Shown piece after piece: positions 24,637 through 37,728 of a stretch of DNA of 64,000 nt. The translations under genes and the position numbers were made by a program. Origin of the DNA: Microthyrium microscopicum (taxonomy: Eukaryota); assembly GCA_010405405.1 (NCBI GenBank), contig MU004243.1, positions 863,340 through 927,339 of the forward strand, in the 5' to 3' direction. A model generated the notes under the pieces. The model searched no databases and was not told the origin of the DNA. It saw only the letters and a program-made list of their open reading frames with translations. Each line of letters begins with the position of its first letter. Position 1 is the stretch's first letter.

Positions 24637-26546
24637 ATGCATGATTGTTATGCAACTGCGGCAGAAGGACTCGTAAGCTCAGCCTTGACAGCAAGACAGA
24701 ACAAGCGGGGAAAGTCATGCTGCTGGTTCGAGATTCGAGAGACAAAAGTGGGTTCAGCCTGCCACTGCCTGGCTGCGTGGGTAAAGTGCATGCATAAGGC
24801 TATATCAGCGACATTTTATAGCGGTGTTGATTCACGATCTGAGATTTGCTTAACAATACGGTAGCAAGCGGCCAGGTCTGACGGCGCGAGATGAAACCGG
24901 AGACACGTTGAGCGGAGTAGTAGGGAATCTTCGGGGTAACACTGTGTAATTTGGATAATAGGAGTATTGTATGGATGATGATAATCAGCACCGAGGATCA
25001 TTGGGGGATTAATTTAAGAGGCGGGCAATATCAGTGGTCAGAAGGGAAATTGATGGACAAAGACAGCAGGTAAAGTACCTGTTAGTTGGTGGATGGGCAT
25101 GGTGGATTTGCGGCAGGGTTTGTTGTGGTGTTTTTATTGCACTTTATCAACGGTGGGACTGTCGTTGCTTATGGATCAAATGTGGATTTGCTGGGAAAGC
25201 CTTACACTGTTATAAGAGCATGGTGATATTGGTGATAGAGAGGTGGTTAGTATTGTTGAAGGTTTTGGAGGAGGTTTGGATGTTCAGCCTTCAAATTTGG
25301 ACGGTTGATATCGGGAAAGTAAAATGTGTATCTGTTTATCAATGCAAAGAGGGGCCAGCACAGCAAGCACAGCCAGCGACTTTATCTAGCGTGGCAAATT
25401 GGTGTCTGCAAAGAAGAGGAATTGGGATGCGCGGACGCCGCATGTGGATGTGTGGCACTGGATCTGCGCAACGTGCATTGCTAGTTTGGCCAGGCGTGGC
25501 TGAATAGGAGGATCAATGACGAAGACAAAATTGGCGATACAATATATGGATCTTATCGAAATGATAGAGTGTATAGCAGGTATAGATGTTGGAGATATTG
25601 GCTGACAAACTGAGGATTGGAAATTCGAGGACAAGAGTCAAGAAGATAGGAAAGAGCGGCCTCGAGGCTCTTGAAATTTAGAGAAATAACGTTTTGCAAG
25701 ATGAAACTTAATTAACGGCCACAATGATCGACTGAGGCGGCGCCGCATCCATCTCATCCAATAGGCATATAACGAGGCTAAAGGCCCCTGTCCGGGTTGA
25801 GGAGAGATGACAAGACTTGCTGCACTTGATGCACGCTATCTGCCAATATCGATGGACTAGTGAAGCATGCATATGCAGGACTGCATCTCTGCAAGCTGTT
25901 TGCAGCAAAACCATGCATGAAGGCAAAATATTTACCAAAATACTTGAAAATGTAAACACTTGGAAAGTTGGTTACCGGTATCATCAACAACAGCTGATCT
26001 CCCCAGGTTCCGAGTACGGATATCGGTGGTTGTATCTCCAGTTGCAAGTCTGTACTACATGATCGTATCGTGGTTACCGCTTTCAACAATGTGAGTAACA
26101 ACGTGACGTAGACTTGGAACTTACCGATCAAATAAGTGAAAACATTAAATCCTTCAATCAATTCGCACGGGTGGCCTTGTAGTTTCTGTAAGAGTTCAGG
26201 CTCTAATATCATCAAAAGAATTAAACGCCAAACCGGAAGGCGGCTGTCCCTTTAGGATGTAAAAAAGACAGATAGCAGCAGATTACAGTGCTCAACGCCC
26301 CTTAACGACCGAGTAGATTACAGTGTACAAAGTACTTTAAGTTTATTTACACCCCTTGGAGGTTTGTGTTGCGCATGTCGCCGTAGCCAATCACGCTTTC
26401 GCCATACCCCCCTAGTGCAACCTAAAACGAAGTACTAGTCATCGTTCCGCGTGCTTATTGGCGCATGTCCACTCGTGGCTTCCTTTCCGCTTTGGCTCCT
26501 GCCTCCTGGATTCCCTGGCTCGTCTGTCGCTCCTGGCCGAAATGGC

Positions 26547-26696
26547 GAGGACAAGTTTCTACACACTCTACTTAATGGCACCCCGTGTTTCTATATACCC
26601 TCTAGGGGTTGCTTAGACCCTATTACTAAATTAGGTAGCACGCCACTAAAATTAATAATAGGGGCTAGAATATAGTAAAATATATATAGATCTATA
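26547..26696 (+). repeat. Left terminal inverted repeat of the MULE
   Basis: GAGGACAAGTTTCTACACACTCTACTTAATGGCACCCCGTGTTTC... aligns to the reverse complement of 29821-29971; differences are mostly transitions. Confidence 0.93.
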
Positions 26697-29600
26697 GCGA
26701 AGGACTCTATCGTTGCTTTAGAGGCTAGATTTAGCTATAGAAGCTAGATCTGCCTCTAAATTAATAGTAGAGTCTTCTAAAAGGTATAGGAATAGCAAAA
26801 TTAATAGAATTTAATAGAAAGATATTATATACCGCTTTTTAATAGAGATTTATATTATTAAATTAGGTATTAAGATTTAGATATTAAATAAATAAGCGCT
26901 AAAAGCTATAGATCTAGTTTTTATAGTAGCTTTACGCAAAAGTAAGATTTTAACGCTATACTACCTAAAATAGCGTAAAATTATAAAAATTATAAAAATT
27001 TAATATAGAGTAGACTAAGAATAGATAAAATATAATATACTACTTTTTAGTAGAGATTTCTACTATAGAATTAGCTATTAAGATATTAAGAATTTAAGAA
27101 TAGCTATAGATTTAGCTTTAGGCGTAGAAGTAATATTTTAATACTATAGTACGCTAAAATTAGCCAAAATTATTAAAAAGTATAAAAATATATAGTATAT
27201 AGAGAATTAAGTAAGGAGATTAAATATATTGCTTTTTAGTAGTAATTTATACTATAGAATTAGCTATAGTAATATAGAGAGGTAAAGAAAATAAAGGGTA
27301 GGCTTTAGACGTATTTTTAGAAGCTTAAAACTGCCTATATTAGAATATTAGCGTTTTATATTATAATTTATTTAAAAGATATTATATCTTTATCCTATTT
27401 ATACTTACTTACCTATACTTTACTATAGCTTCTTTATACTTATCTAGATACGTCTTTATTAAGTAGGCTTTAGACTTTAACGCTATTCTTATTAAGAATC
27501 TAGTATCCTTCCTTAAAGTTAACTTTATTAATCTTACTAGCGTTAATAATAATAAGCTAGAGCTAGGTACCTTTTTATATCTAGGGCTCCTTAAGAATAA
27601 TATCTATAGCACTATACTAACGCTAGAACTAATTAATCCTATTATTACTACTAATACTACTAGAGATAAAGAGGAATTATAGAAGAAGTTATAGGTTAGT
27701 TTAGTATATAATAACTATTAGAATATTAATACTATTCTACGTCTTATAGTAGTAAAGGCAGAATTTAAAGTCTATAAGAAAAAAGGTTTAGGAGGGGATT
27801 AATAGCTTTAGTAGTATTAGAAGAATACCTATAAGTAGGGCGCATATATTATAAAATTAATTCCTAGATACGTTAATATTATTAAGAAGAAGTAGATTTT
27901 AATATAAATTAACGCGCTTAAAGATTATACCTATTTAATAAAAACTACTTTATAATAGGTATATACTTTAAAGTTATAGATTATAAAGAAGCTTATTAAA
28001 GTCTATAGCGCTCTTAATAAGAATACGCTAAATTAGGATATTTATAATATAATTTATAAATATATAGGTTAGGCTATTATCCTTTAATAGGCATCTTAGC
28101 TAAAGCGTAAGATATTTAGAAGAGTTAAAGATAAATTCCTTAATAGCTACTAGATGCTTCTCTCCTAGATTAAGGCTCTTAAATAGACAAATCCTAAAGT
28201 TTATATTATATTTAAGAAGGCTCCTATAGGGTAGATTTAATACGTATTTATATATCTATTCGTTAGTTAAGCAACTTTTGCCTAGTTACCTAAAATTATT
28301 AGTTTAGATACTACCTACTATAAAACAAAATATAATACTAAGATAGTTATTATTACTAGATTTAATAGTAAAGCTAATATAATAATTTATATATTTAGTA
28401 TCTTTAAAAGTAAGAATAACAAGTTATAAGAGTAGATATATATATATTTAGGACATATAATGCCTAGTATTAAGATTAGCAATCCTTATAAGTCTTAGTA
28501 TTAGTCTTTAGATTTACTTTCTTTTAGCTAAATTTACTATTCTTCTAGCCCTTTCTTTCTCTTCTTCCTTAATTATATCTTTAAGATATCTAACTATATC
28601 TAACTATATCTCTTCTAGAATTCTACTCTACTATAATTACTAATTAAAATTAAGGTCTTTTAAATACGCTAGACTTAAATTTTAAGATCTACGCCCTTAG
28701 ATAGTATTTCTTTTACCTTAAGTAAAATATATAGTCTAATTTTAGTATATAAGCATTAAGATAGCTTAATCACTACGTTAACTATAATTCTACTTACTAA
28801 TAGAACTATTTAATGCTATAGAATACCCTTAACTATTTCGTTAGCTTTAAGAATTATATTAAAAAGCTACCTAAAGAGAAATAGGTCTATAAATACTTTC
28901 CTACATTGCATTATAGTTAGTTAATATCTAATGCTACTAAGATTGCTAATTTAGCTCTTAAAGGCTACTATTATAAGTATCTTATTCCTTTTTTAAATAG
29001 TATCTAGAATTATATTATTAAAAAGCGTTCTAAGCATTAAGAAGCTAAAGATTAAATTTATAAACATTTAAATCTATAGTAATATTTTATGCCTATAGAT
29101 CTTACTTATTATAGTTAATACTTCTATAATACTACGTTATTTTATTCTAAACGAGTTATTATTATTACGCTTAATTCTTCTAATTTTATAACCTTTATTA
29201 GCACGTTAAAATATACTCCTTATCTAAAAGAATATACTATTAATATTAATTCTAGGACCTATAATTACTATAAATAGCAGAATAAGCAATTTTCTTACTT
29301 ATACGTATTTAAAGCTATTATTACTATTAGAGAGAATTTTATTAATTTTATATATCTAATATAGTTAATTAAGTCCTTTAAGAAAGCCTATATTAACGTT
29401 AATAAAGACAAAGATAATAAGTATACTATACTAACTAACTTCTATATAAAGCCTATTAGCATTACTAATTTTAAAATGTCTAACAATCTTTTTCTTCTTC
29501 TACTAGATATATTAAAGACGTAGGAGCTCTTATAGAAAAAGAGATAATAGGCAGAGTAGCTAATTTAACCTTTAGTAATTATTTAATAGAAGTATTTAAT

Positions 29601-29820
29601 CTATAAGGAGTTAAGATATAATATGTAATCTTATAGTAACTAGCGTTTAGTATTAAAATACTAGGAATTAGAGGGAATATAGTAATCTAGCGTTATTTTC
29701 CTTCTCTTTAGCTTGTTCTACGTCTTAATATATATAATTTACTATTAATACTAAAATCTTGCTTTAATAGTACCCTAAAAATATGCTTACTAAAAATTTC
29801 GTAATCTTGCGTAATTTGCT

Positions 29821-29971
29821 TATGGATCTATATGCATCTTGCTGTATTCTAGCCCTTATTATTAATTTTGGTAGCGCGCTACCTAATTTAGTGATAGGGT
29901 TTAAGCAACCCCTAGAGGGTGTGTAGAAACACGGGGGTGCCATTGAGTAGGGTGTGTGGAAACTTCTCCTC
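29821..29971 (-). repeat. Right terminal inverted repeat of the MULE
   Basis: Reverse complement reads GAGGAGAAGTTTCCACACACCCTACTCAATGGCACCCCCGTGTTTC... Confidence 0.93.
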
Positions 29972-30727
29972 TAACTAATGGCAGCACTGGTGGCCCAATC
30001 TTGCTGCAACTGGCAACTGTTCCTTCCCTACAATTCCTCCCAAATCTTGCTGAAGGCTGGTTCACTGGTTCACTTGGTCCACTCTAAGCGTAAACCAGGC
30101 CAAACTGGGCACCTTCCCTGAACTTGCGACCTGCGACTGCCTGTCCCTGGGTCTAACCTTCCATTTCGCCCACTGGTACCTAGTCCTCATCGGTCTCTAT
30201 CCAATCCACTCTACCTCTGTAGCCTCTTTCTCACCTCCCCCGACCTCCTTCATCTCTCTTCACTCTCCAACATCACCAAAATCTTCTTCTTTCGCTATTC
30301 AAGCGTGCACCAGCCTGCCAGTTATTTTCTTGTTGCTGCTGCGCACCTTCTCTGTCTTTAGTTCTCCTACCGGCCGCTTCTCTTGCTCTCCCGAGGGCTT
30401 GAAAGCTGCATTGACCTTCGTTTGACTACTCTACCCTCCAACTGCCCTACAACCACCACCACCGTTACTCTCTCGTCAATTCCCTTCGTTCCGTTTGCCA
30501 GATCGATCCATTGTCGCCCTCCTCTATCCCGCCATCGACTTTGTCAATAATTCCATCCTGTCAAAACTAATAATATGCTATTCTGAGGTGTGAATTGCCT
30601 TTCAACCCCCTACCCGCTCCTTTGGGCGCGCCCCCTACATTCCTCCGGACAATCCGCTACACACGCGTTGTCAATACATTTTGCTAACTCTTCGGCCTCC
30701 CACAGTTGTCCTAGCAATTAAACAACC

Positions 30728-33700
30728 ATGTCTGGCCACCCTCAGCAGGCCGGTCATTATGACGATGGCTATGCTGGCCACCCAGGTCAAGGCCAACCTC
30801 AACCTCATGGCCAACAGCCTTATTACGAAGACGAACAAGGCTACTACGATGCCCAAGACCATCATCAACAACATCCTGGTCAAGAGGGTGCCTACTACGA
30901 TGAACAGTACTATGGCAATGAAGGCTACCCGCAAGAAGGCGGATACTATGACCAAGGCCAGTACCAAGGTGACGAATATTATGATGGTCAATACTATGAT
31001 CAAGGTACCGGATACAATCAAGGCCAGCAAGGGTAAATAACGACAAGTTTCTGTTGTTGATTGAGTACTGATTTAATTCTTAGTCGACCACGCCGCCGTG
31101 GCCATGATTCCGAAGAAGATTCAGAGACATTCAGTGACTTTACCATGAGATCGGACATGCAGCGAGCTGCCGAAGCCGACTATGGTCGCTACGACGAACG
31201 TTACAATAGCTATAATGGCGATCAACGTGGCTATCGCCCTCCATCTTCACAAATCTCTTATGGAGGCAATCGATCATCAGGCGCCTCTTCTCCCCTTTAC
31301 GGTATGGATTATGGTAGTGCATTGCCAGCCGGTCAGCGTTCGCGGGAGCCTTACCCAGCCTGGACCGCAGAAAACAACATTCCAATTTCCAAGGAAGAGA
31401 TTGAAGATATCTTCATCGACTTGACTGCAAAGTTTGGTTTCCAGCGCGATAGCATGAGAAACATGTACGATCACTTTATGACTCAACTGGATTCCCGAGC
31501 TTCCCGCATGTCACCCAATCAGTCTTTGCTCACCATCCATGCCGATTACATTGGTGGAGAAAACGCAAACTACCGTCGTTGGTACTTTGCTGCTCATCTC
31601 GATCTCGACGATGCAGTGGGATTTGCAAACATGAAGTTGGGCAAGGGCGACCGTAGAACGCGTAAAGCCCGACGAGCAGCCAAGAAAGCTGCCGCCAGTG
31701 CTCAATCGGAAGAACAAACTCTGGAGGCCCTCGAAGGAGACAACAGTTTGGAAGCTGCCAATTTCCGCTGGAAGACGCGGATGAACCGCATGTCCCAACA
31801 CGACCGTGTCCGACAAGTTGCACTCTGGCTGCTTTGTTGGGGTGAAGCCAATCAAGTCCGGTTTACACCAGAATGTTTGGCTTTCATCTTCAAGTGCGCG
31901 GACGACTACCTTGGATCCCCTGCATGCCAGAGCCGTGTTGAGCCCGTTGAAGAGGGAACATATCTCAACCAAGTCATCACTCCTCTCTACCAATACATTC
32001 GGGACCAAGGTTACGAGATTCAAGATGGAAAGTACATTCGTCGCGAGCGTGATCATTCCAAGATCATTGGCTACGATGATATCAATCAACTTTTTTGGTA
32101 TCCCGAAGGTATCGAGCGCATTGTTCTCCAAGACAAGAGCCGAATTGTCGATGTCCCACCTGCCCAGCGTTTTGAAAAGCTCAAGGATGTAAACTGGAAG
32201 AAAGTTTTCTTCAAGACTTATAAAGAAAGCCGGTCATGGTTCCATCTCCTCGTCAACTTCAACCGTATCTGGGTCATCCATCTTACCACTTTCTGGTTCT
32301 ACACGGCCTACAACGCTCCTACTCTCTATACTCCCGGTTATCAGCAAGAACTGAATCAAGCCCCCAAGGCTGCTGCACAATGGTCTGCTGTTGCACTGGG
32401 TGGTACACTTGCTTGCATAATCATGATCATGGCCACAATCGCAGAGTGGTTCTACGTTCCCCGCCGATGGGCTGGTGCTCAACATCTGACCAAGCGACTT
32501 TTATTCTTGATTGGAATGTTCGTTCTCAACCTTGCTCCTTCCGTCTACATCTTTGGACTCGGTAAGCAAGACGGCTCAATCCCCTTGGCCCTTGGTATTG
32601 TCCAGTTCTTCATCGCTCTGGGATCATTCTTCTTCTTCTCGATCATGCCTCTAGGTGGACTCTTCGGCAGCTACCTCACCAAGAACTCTCGCAAATACGT
32701 TGCCAGTCAGACATTTACTGCCAGCTATCCTCGCCTTCAAGGCAATGACATGTGGATGTCTTATGGTCTTTGGCTCTTGGTTTTCGTTGCCAAGTTGGCT
32801 GAGTCCTTTTTCTTTCTGTCTTTGTCATTCAGAGATGCCATCCGTATCTTGTCGATCATGAAGTTCAAGAACTGCGCAGGTGATGCCATTTTGAAGACAA
32901 TGCTTTGCAACCAGCAACCGAGAATCCTCCTCGGGCTTATGTTCTTCATGGATATCATCCTGTTCTTCTTGGATACCTATCTGTGGTACATTATCCTGAA
33001 CACACTCTTCTCCGTTGCTCGATCGTTCTACCTCGGTGTTTCTATCTGGACTCCATGGCGTAACATTTTCTCCCGTCTGCCTAAGCGTATCTATTCCAAG
33101 ATTCTCGCTACCACGGATATGGAAATCAAGTACAAGCCAAAGGTTCTAATCTCGCAAATTTGGAATGCTATCATCATCTCCATGTATCGCGAGCATCTGT
33201 TGGCCATCGATCACGTTCAAAAGCTGCTATATCACCAGGTCCCATCGGAACAGGAAGGCAAGCGCACTCTTCGTGCCCCGACATTCTTCGTCTCTCAGGA
33301 AGATCATTCCTTCAAGACTGAATTCTTCCCGGCCCAAAGCGAAGCTGAACGTCGTCTCTCGTTCTTTGCTCAATCTTTGTCAACCCCAATTCCAGAACCA
33401 GTTCCAGTCGACAACATGCCAACATTCACTGTGCTTATTCCGCATTACAGCGAAAAGATCCTCTTGTCTCTACGTGAAATCATCCGTGAGGATGAGCCAT
33501 ACTCCCGTGTTACTCTTCTCGAATATCTCAAGCAACTGCATCCTCACGAATGGGACTGCTTCGTCAAGGATACAAAGATTCTCGCAGACGAGACCTCTCA
33601 ATACAATGGCGACTACGAGAAGAGCGAGAAAGAGACTGCTCGTAGCAAGAATGATGACCTTCCGTTCTACTGCATTGGTTTCAAGTCCGCCGCTCCCGAA

Positions 33701-36612
33701 TACACTCTACGCACACGTATCTGGGCTTCACTACGATCGCAAACTCTTTATCGCACAATCTCTGGTTTCATGAACTACAGCCGAGCCATCAAGCTTTTGT
33801 ATCGTGTAGAAAACCCAGAAGTAGTCCAGATGTTTGGTGGCAACTCCGACAAGCTCGAACGAGAATTGGAACGCATGGCACGCCGCAAGTACAAGATTGT
33901 TGTTTCTATGCAACGGTATGCCAAGTTCACTAAGGAAGAACGTGAGAATACCGAGTTCTTGCTCCGTGCCTATCCCGATTTACAGATTGCCTACCTCGAT
34001 GAAGAACCACCGGCCAATGAGGGCGAAGATCCTCGATTGTACTCTGCTTTGATTGATGGACATTCAGAGATAATGGACAACGGAATGCGTCGACCCAAGT
34101 TCCGCGTACAGCTCTCTGGCAACCCCATCCTTGGTGACGGAAAGTCCGACAACCAGAACCATTCAATCATCTTTTACCGTGGCGAATACATCCAGCTCAT
34201 TGACGCTAACCAGGACAATTACCTCGAAGAATGTCTCAAGATTCGTAGTGTTCTTGCTGAATTCGAGGAAATGCAGACTGACGAAGTGTCTCCATACGCA
34301 CCTGGTTCCACCCCAGTCTCACAGAATCCTGTTGCCATTCTTGGTGCTCGTGAATACATCTTCTCCGAGAACATTGGTATCCTTGGTGATGTCGCTGCCG
34401 GAAAAGAACAGACTTTTGGTACTCTCTTTGCTCGTACTCTGGCTCAAATCGGTGGTAAGCTCCATTACGGTCATCCTGATTTCCTCAATGGTATCTTCAT
34501 GACTACTCGTGGTGGTGTTTCCAAAGCTCAAAAGGGTCTACACTTGAACGAAGACATTTACGCTGGTATGAACGCTCTTATTCGGGGTGGTCGCATCAAG
34601 CATTGCGAATATTACCAGTGCGGTAAAGGTCGTGATCTTGGGTTTGGCTCCATTCTCAACTTCACAACCAAGATTGGTACTGGTATGGGAGAGCAGATGC
34701 TTTCCCGTGAATACTACTATCTCGGAACTCAGCTGCCTTTGGATCGATTCTTGTCATTCTACTATGCCCATCCTGGTTTCCACATCAACAACATGTTCAT
34801 CATCCTATCTGTCCAACTGTTCATGATCGTTCTCATCAACCTTGGAGCCTTGAAGCACGAAACCATCATGTGTACCTATGATCGCAACAAGCCAATCACG
34901 GATCCTATGCTGCCAACCTACTGCGCCAACTTGAAGCCTATTCTTGACTGGGTCGAGCGTTGCGTCGTTTCCATCTTCATTGTCTTCTTCGTGTCTTTCA
35001 TCCCTCTTATCGTCCAGGAGCTTACAGAACGCGGTTTCTGGCGGGCTGGTCGTCGTCTTGCAAAGCATTTCTCGTCCTTCTCTCCGGTCTTTGAAGTCTT
35101 CGTCTGCCAGATTTATGCCAACTCTCTACAAGCCAATTTGTCGTTTGGAGGAGCTCGATACATTGGTACTGGTCGTGGTTTCGCTACTGCTAGAATTCCT
35201 TTCGGTATTCTATACTCTCGATTCGCTGGACCTTCAATCTACATGGGCTCACGTCTACTGATGATGCTTCTGTTTGCCACTACGACCGTATGGGGTATCT
35301 GGCTTCTCTACTTCTGGGTATCTCTCATGGCGCTCTGCATTTCCCCGTTCCTGTTCAACCCGCATCAATTCTCATGGAACGATTTCTTCATCGACTACCG
35401 CGAATACCTCCGCTGGTTATCTCGAGGCAACACTCGATCGCATGCCGCTTCTTGGATTGGTTTCTGCCGTCTCTCGCGTACCCGTGTTACTGGTTATAAA
35501 CGCAAAGAGTTGGGTGATCCATCTGCCAAGCTCTCAGGCGATGTTCCACGTGCTCACTTCACCAACATCTTCTTCTCTGAGATCATCGGACCGTTGATCA
35601 TGGTCATTGTAACTTTGATCCCTTACACCTTTATCAACGCACAAGTCGGCGTGACCTCTGCCCTCAACGACAACAAGTCTATCAAACCCACATCTTCGTT
35701 GATTCGAATCGCCATCGTCGCTTTCGCGCCCATTGGTATCAACGCTGGTGTCCTAGCAGCGTTTTTCGGTATGGCTTGTTGCGCGGGACCTCTTCTGAGC
35801 ATGTGCTGCAAGAAGTTCGGTGCTGTCCTTGCCGCAATTGCCCACGCTATTGCTGTCATCTCTCTTTTCATCTTCTTTGAAGTTATGTTCTTCCTTGAAG
35901 GTTGGAGCTTCCCACGCGCACTATCAGGAATGATTGCAGTGGTTGCCATTCAGCGATTCGTCTACAAGATCATCATTGGTCTTGCTTTGACTCGAGAATT
36001 CAAGGCCGATACTTCCAACATTGCTTGGTGGACCGGCAAATGGTATACCATGGGCTGGCACACCATCAGTCAACCAGGTCGCGAGTTCATGTGCAAAATC
36101 ACTGAATTGGGTTACTTCGCAGCCGACTTTATCCTTGGACACATTCTATTGTTCTTCCATCTACCGATCCTGCTTATCCCATACATTGACAAGTTCCACT
36201 CTGTTATGCTCTTCTGGCTCCGCCCAAGGTATGTTTCTTTAGCCACAATTACAAATCCAAGCTAATTCATTCCAGTCGTCAAATTCGTCCACCGATCTAC
36301 TCACTCAAGCAGACAAAGCTTCGGAAGAGACGTGTCATCCGATACAGTATCTTGTACTTTGCCCTTTTCGTCTTTTTCCTAGTTTTGATTGTCGGTCCTA
36401 TCATTGCCGGTCCAAAACTACCGACTATAGACCTTCCAAGTGGCATCCTCGGCGATCTCATCCAACCTCATGGCTTGAATCACAACGACACCGCCTCTAC
36501 CTTGACTGGTAACAACCCACAATTCGGCGGCAGCCCATCAACTGCTTCTGGTGGTGCTGCTTCGTCCACTGATATTTCTTTGCCAACGGGTGCAAAGCTT
36601 AGAGTGATGTAA
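30728..36612 (+). CDS. FKS1: 1,3-beta-glucan synthase catalytic subunit (GT48), ~1928 aa (exons 30728-31032, 31084-36228, 36276-36612)
   Basis: [103 protein letters not shown]. Both introns canonical and in frame. Confidence 0.98.
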
Positions 36613-37728
36613 AACAGTGGTCCTTTGTCAAACTTCCTGCTGCCAATTTGCATTTGCAAAGCGATTTGAAATGCTCTTGTACTATACAGCGTCTCAATTG
36701 AGACGAATCTAAAACACCCAGCATTTTTGTCGGTTACCAAACCGATATCACTACACCTAATACATCGCCTATTGTCATTCACGGCATTCACACTGAAAAA
36801 GCGAACTTTGCCTGAGCGTTCACGCTATAATGAACTCGTTAATCACCCTACACTGGGCTGGCATTCTCTTTTTCGGCGAAACACAGCAAACTCACACAAG
36901 CAATACATCAAATCACACTGACGGCGTTCTTTCCCCGGGGCGGAAATTAGGGGTACTACGGAGACATTGGATTGGGTGATGTTTTTTTTTTGCACTCTTT
37001 TGATTTTTTTCCCCCTGTTTTTGTACTTGTTGTTTGCGGCCCAACTCCCTCGATCGATTCTTTCTATCACAACATGTAGATATGGTTATTTTGCAAAGTA
37101 TAATGGCATCACTCAAAGGTCTTTTCCCTTGCGGGTTTGCCTGTGAGATGGCAGCTGTAGGCTGAAATTGAATGGTCGATTGTTAAAAACCTTTGTGTTT
37201 CTTGTGATGGGACTTGACATGTGAGTATACTTTTGGATATCTTATGACCAATGGTTAGAGGTCAATGTTTGTCTGTCGGCTCTTGCTGTGGCCGTTGTTG
37301 TTTCGTTATCGGCCATTTTATTGCAGCGATCTAGCCGGCATGGGTTGTTACAGCTTACAGCTTTTTGCCTGATTTGACAGTGGTCTAGACACCTGTTAGT
37401 CTTAGCTGTTCTGAACGGCAGTGGCAGGCGCTGTTTTGTCCTTGAACTAAAGTATAACTCCGTAGCGCACGGAGTGGGTTTGTAGGTACCTAGGGATGTA
37501 TGACCGTGGTGAGAGGGTTCTGGTTGCTGGGTGTATCCTTATTGATTTGCTTCATGGGATGGGAGTAGTGGAAAGACAAGTGGGTGTTTGTCACGGTTTT
37601 TGGGGTGGTGTGTGATTTGATGGGAGAGGGGTGGTTTTATGATGGGATTGAAGGTATTTGTCTCTTGTTGATATAACAGGTAGCATGGAATAAACATGCT
37701 TGGTTTCTCTTAGAACAACGTCACAGAG

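Larger units (their letters stand above)
26547..29971 (+). mobile_element. Mutator-like (MULE) DNA transposon, ~3.4 kb, RIP-inactivated
   Basis: ~150-bp TIRs; abrupt AT-rich, TpA-saturated interior with no long ORF. Residual MULE transposase core at 28292-28440 (KIISLDTTYYKTKY..IITRFNSK..YIFSIFKSKN). SWIM finger relic at 29254-29304 (RTYNYYK*QNKQFSYLY, restoring to RTCxC..W....FPCxH by reversing C>T/G>A changes). Confidence 0.88.

Noticed and set aside
24640..26450. Short ORFs of 60-157 aa in the GAS-FKS interval
   Set aside because: No motifs, mostly non-ATG starts, and no consistent splice model.
26697..29820. AT-rich block as a centromere or mitochondrial insertion
   Set aside because: Bounded exactly by TIRs and contains transposase relics with RIP-type changes.
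26538..29982. Target-site duplication for the MULE
   Set aside because: The flanks share only AATGGC, offset by 5 bp on the right; not a clean TSD.
30671..31046. Hydrophobic minus-strand and alternative-frame ORFs over FKS1 exon 1
   Set aside because: Shadows of the Tyr/Gln/Gly/Asp-rich FKS1 N-terminus.
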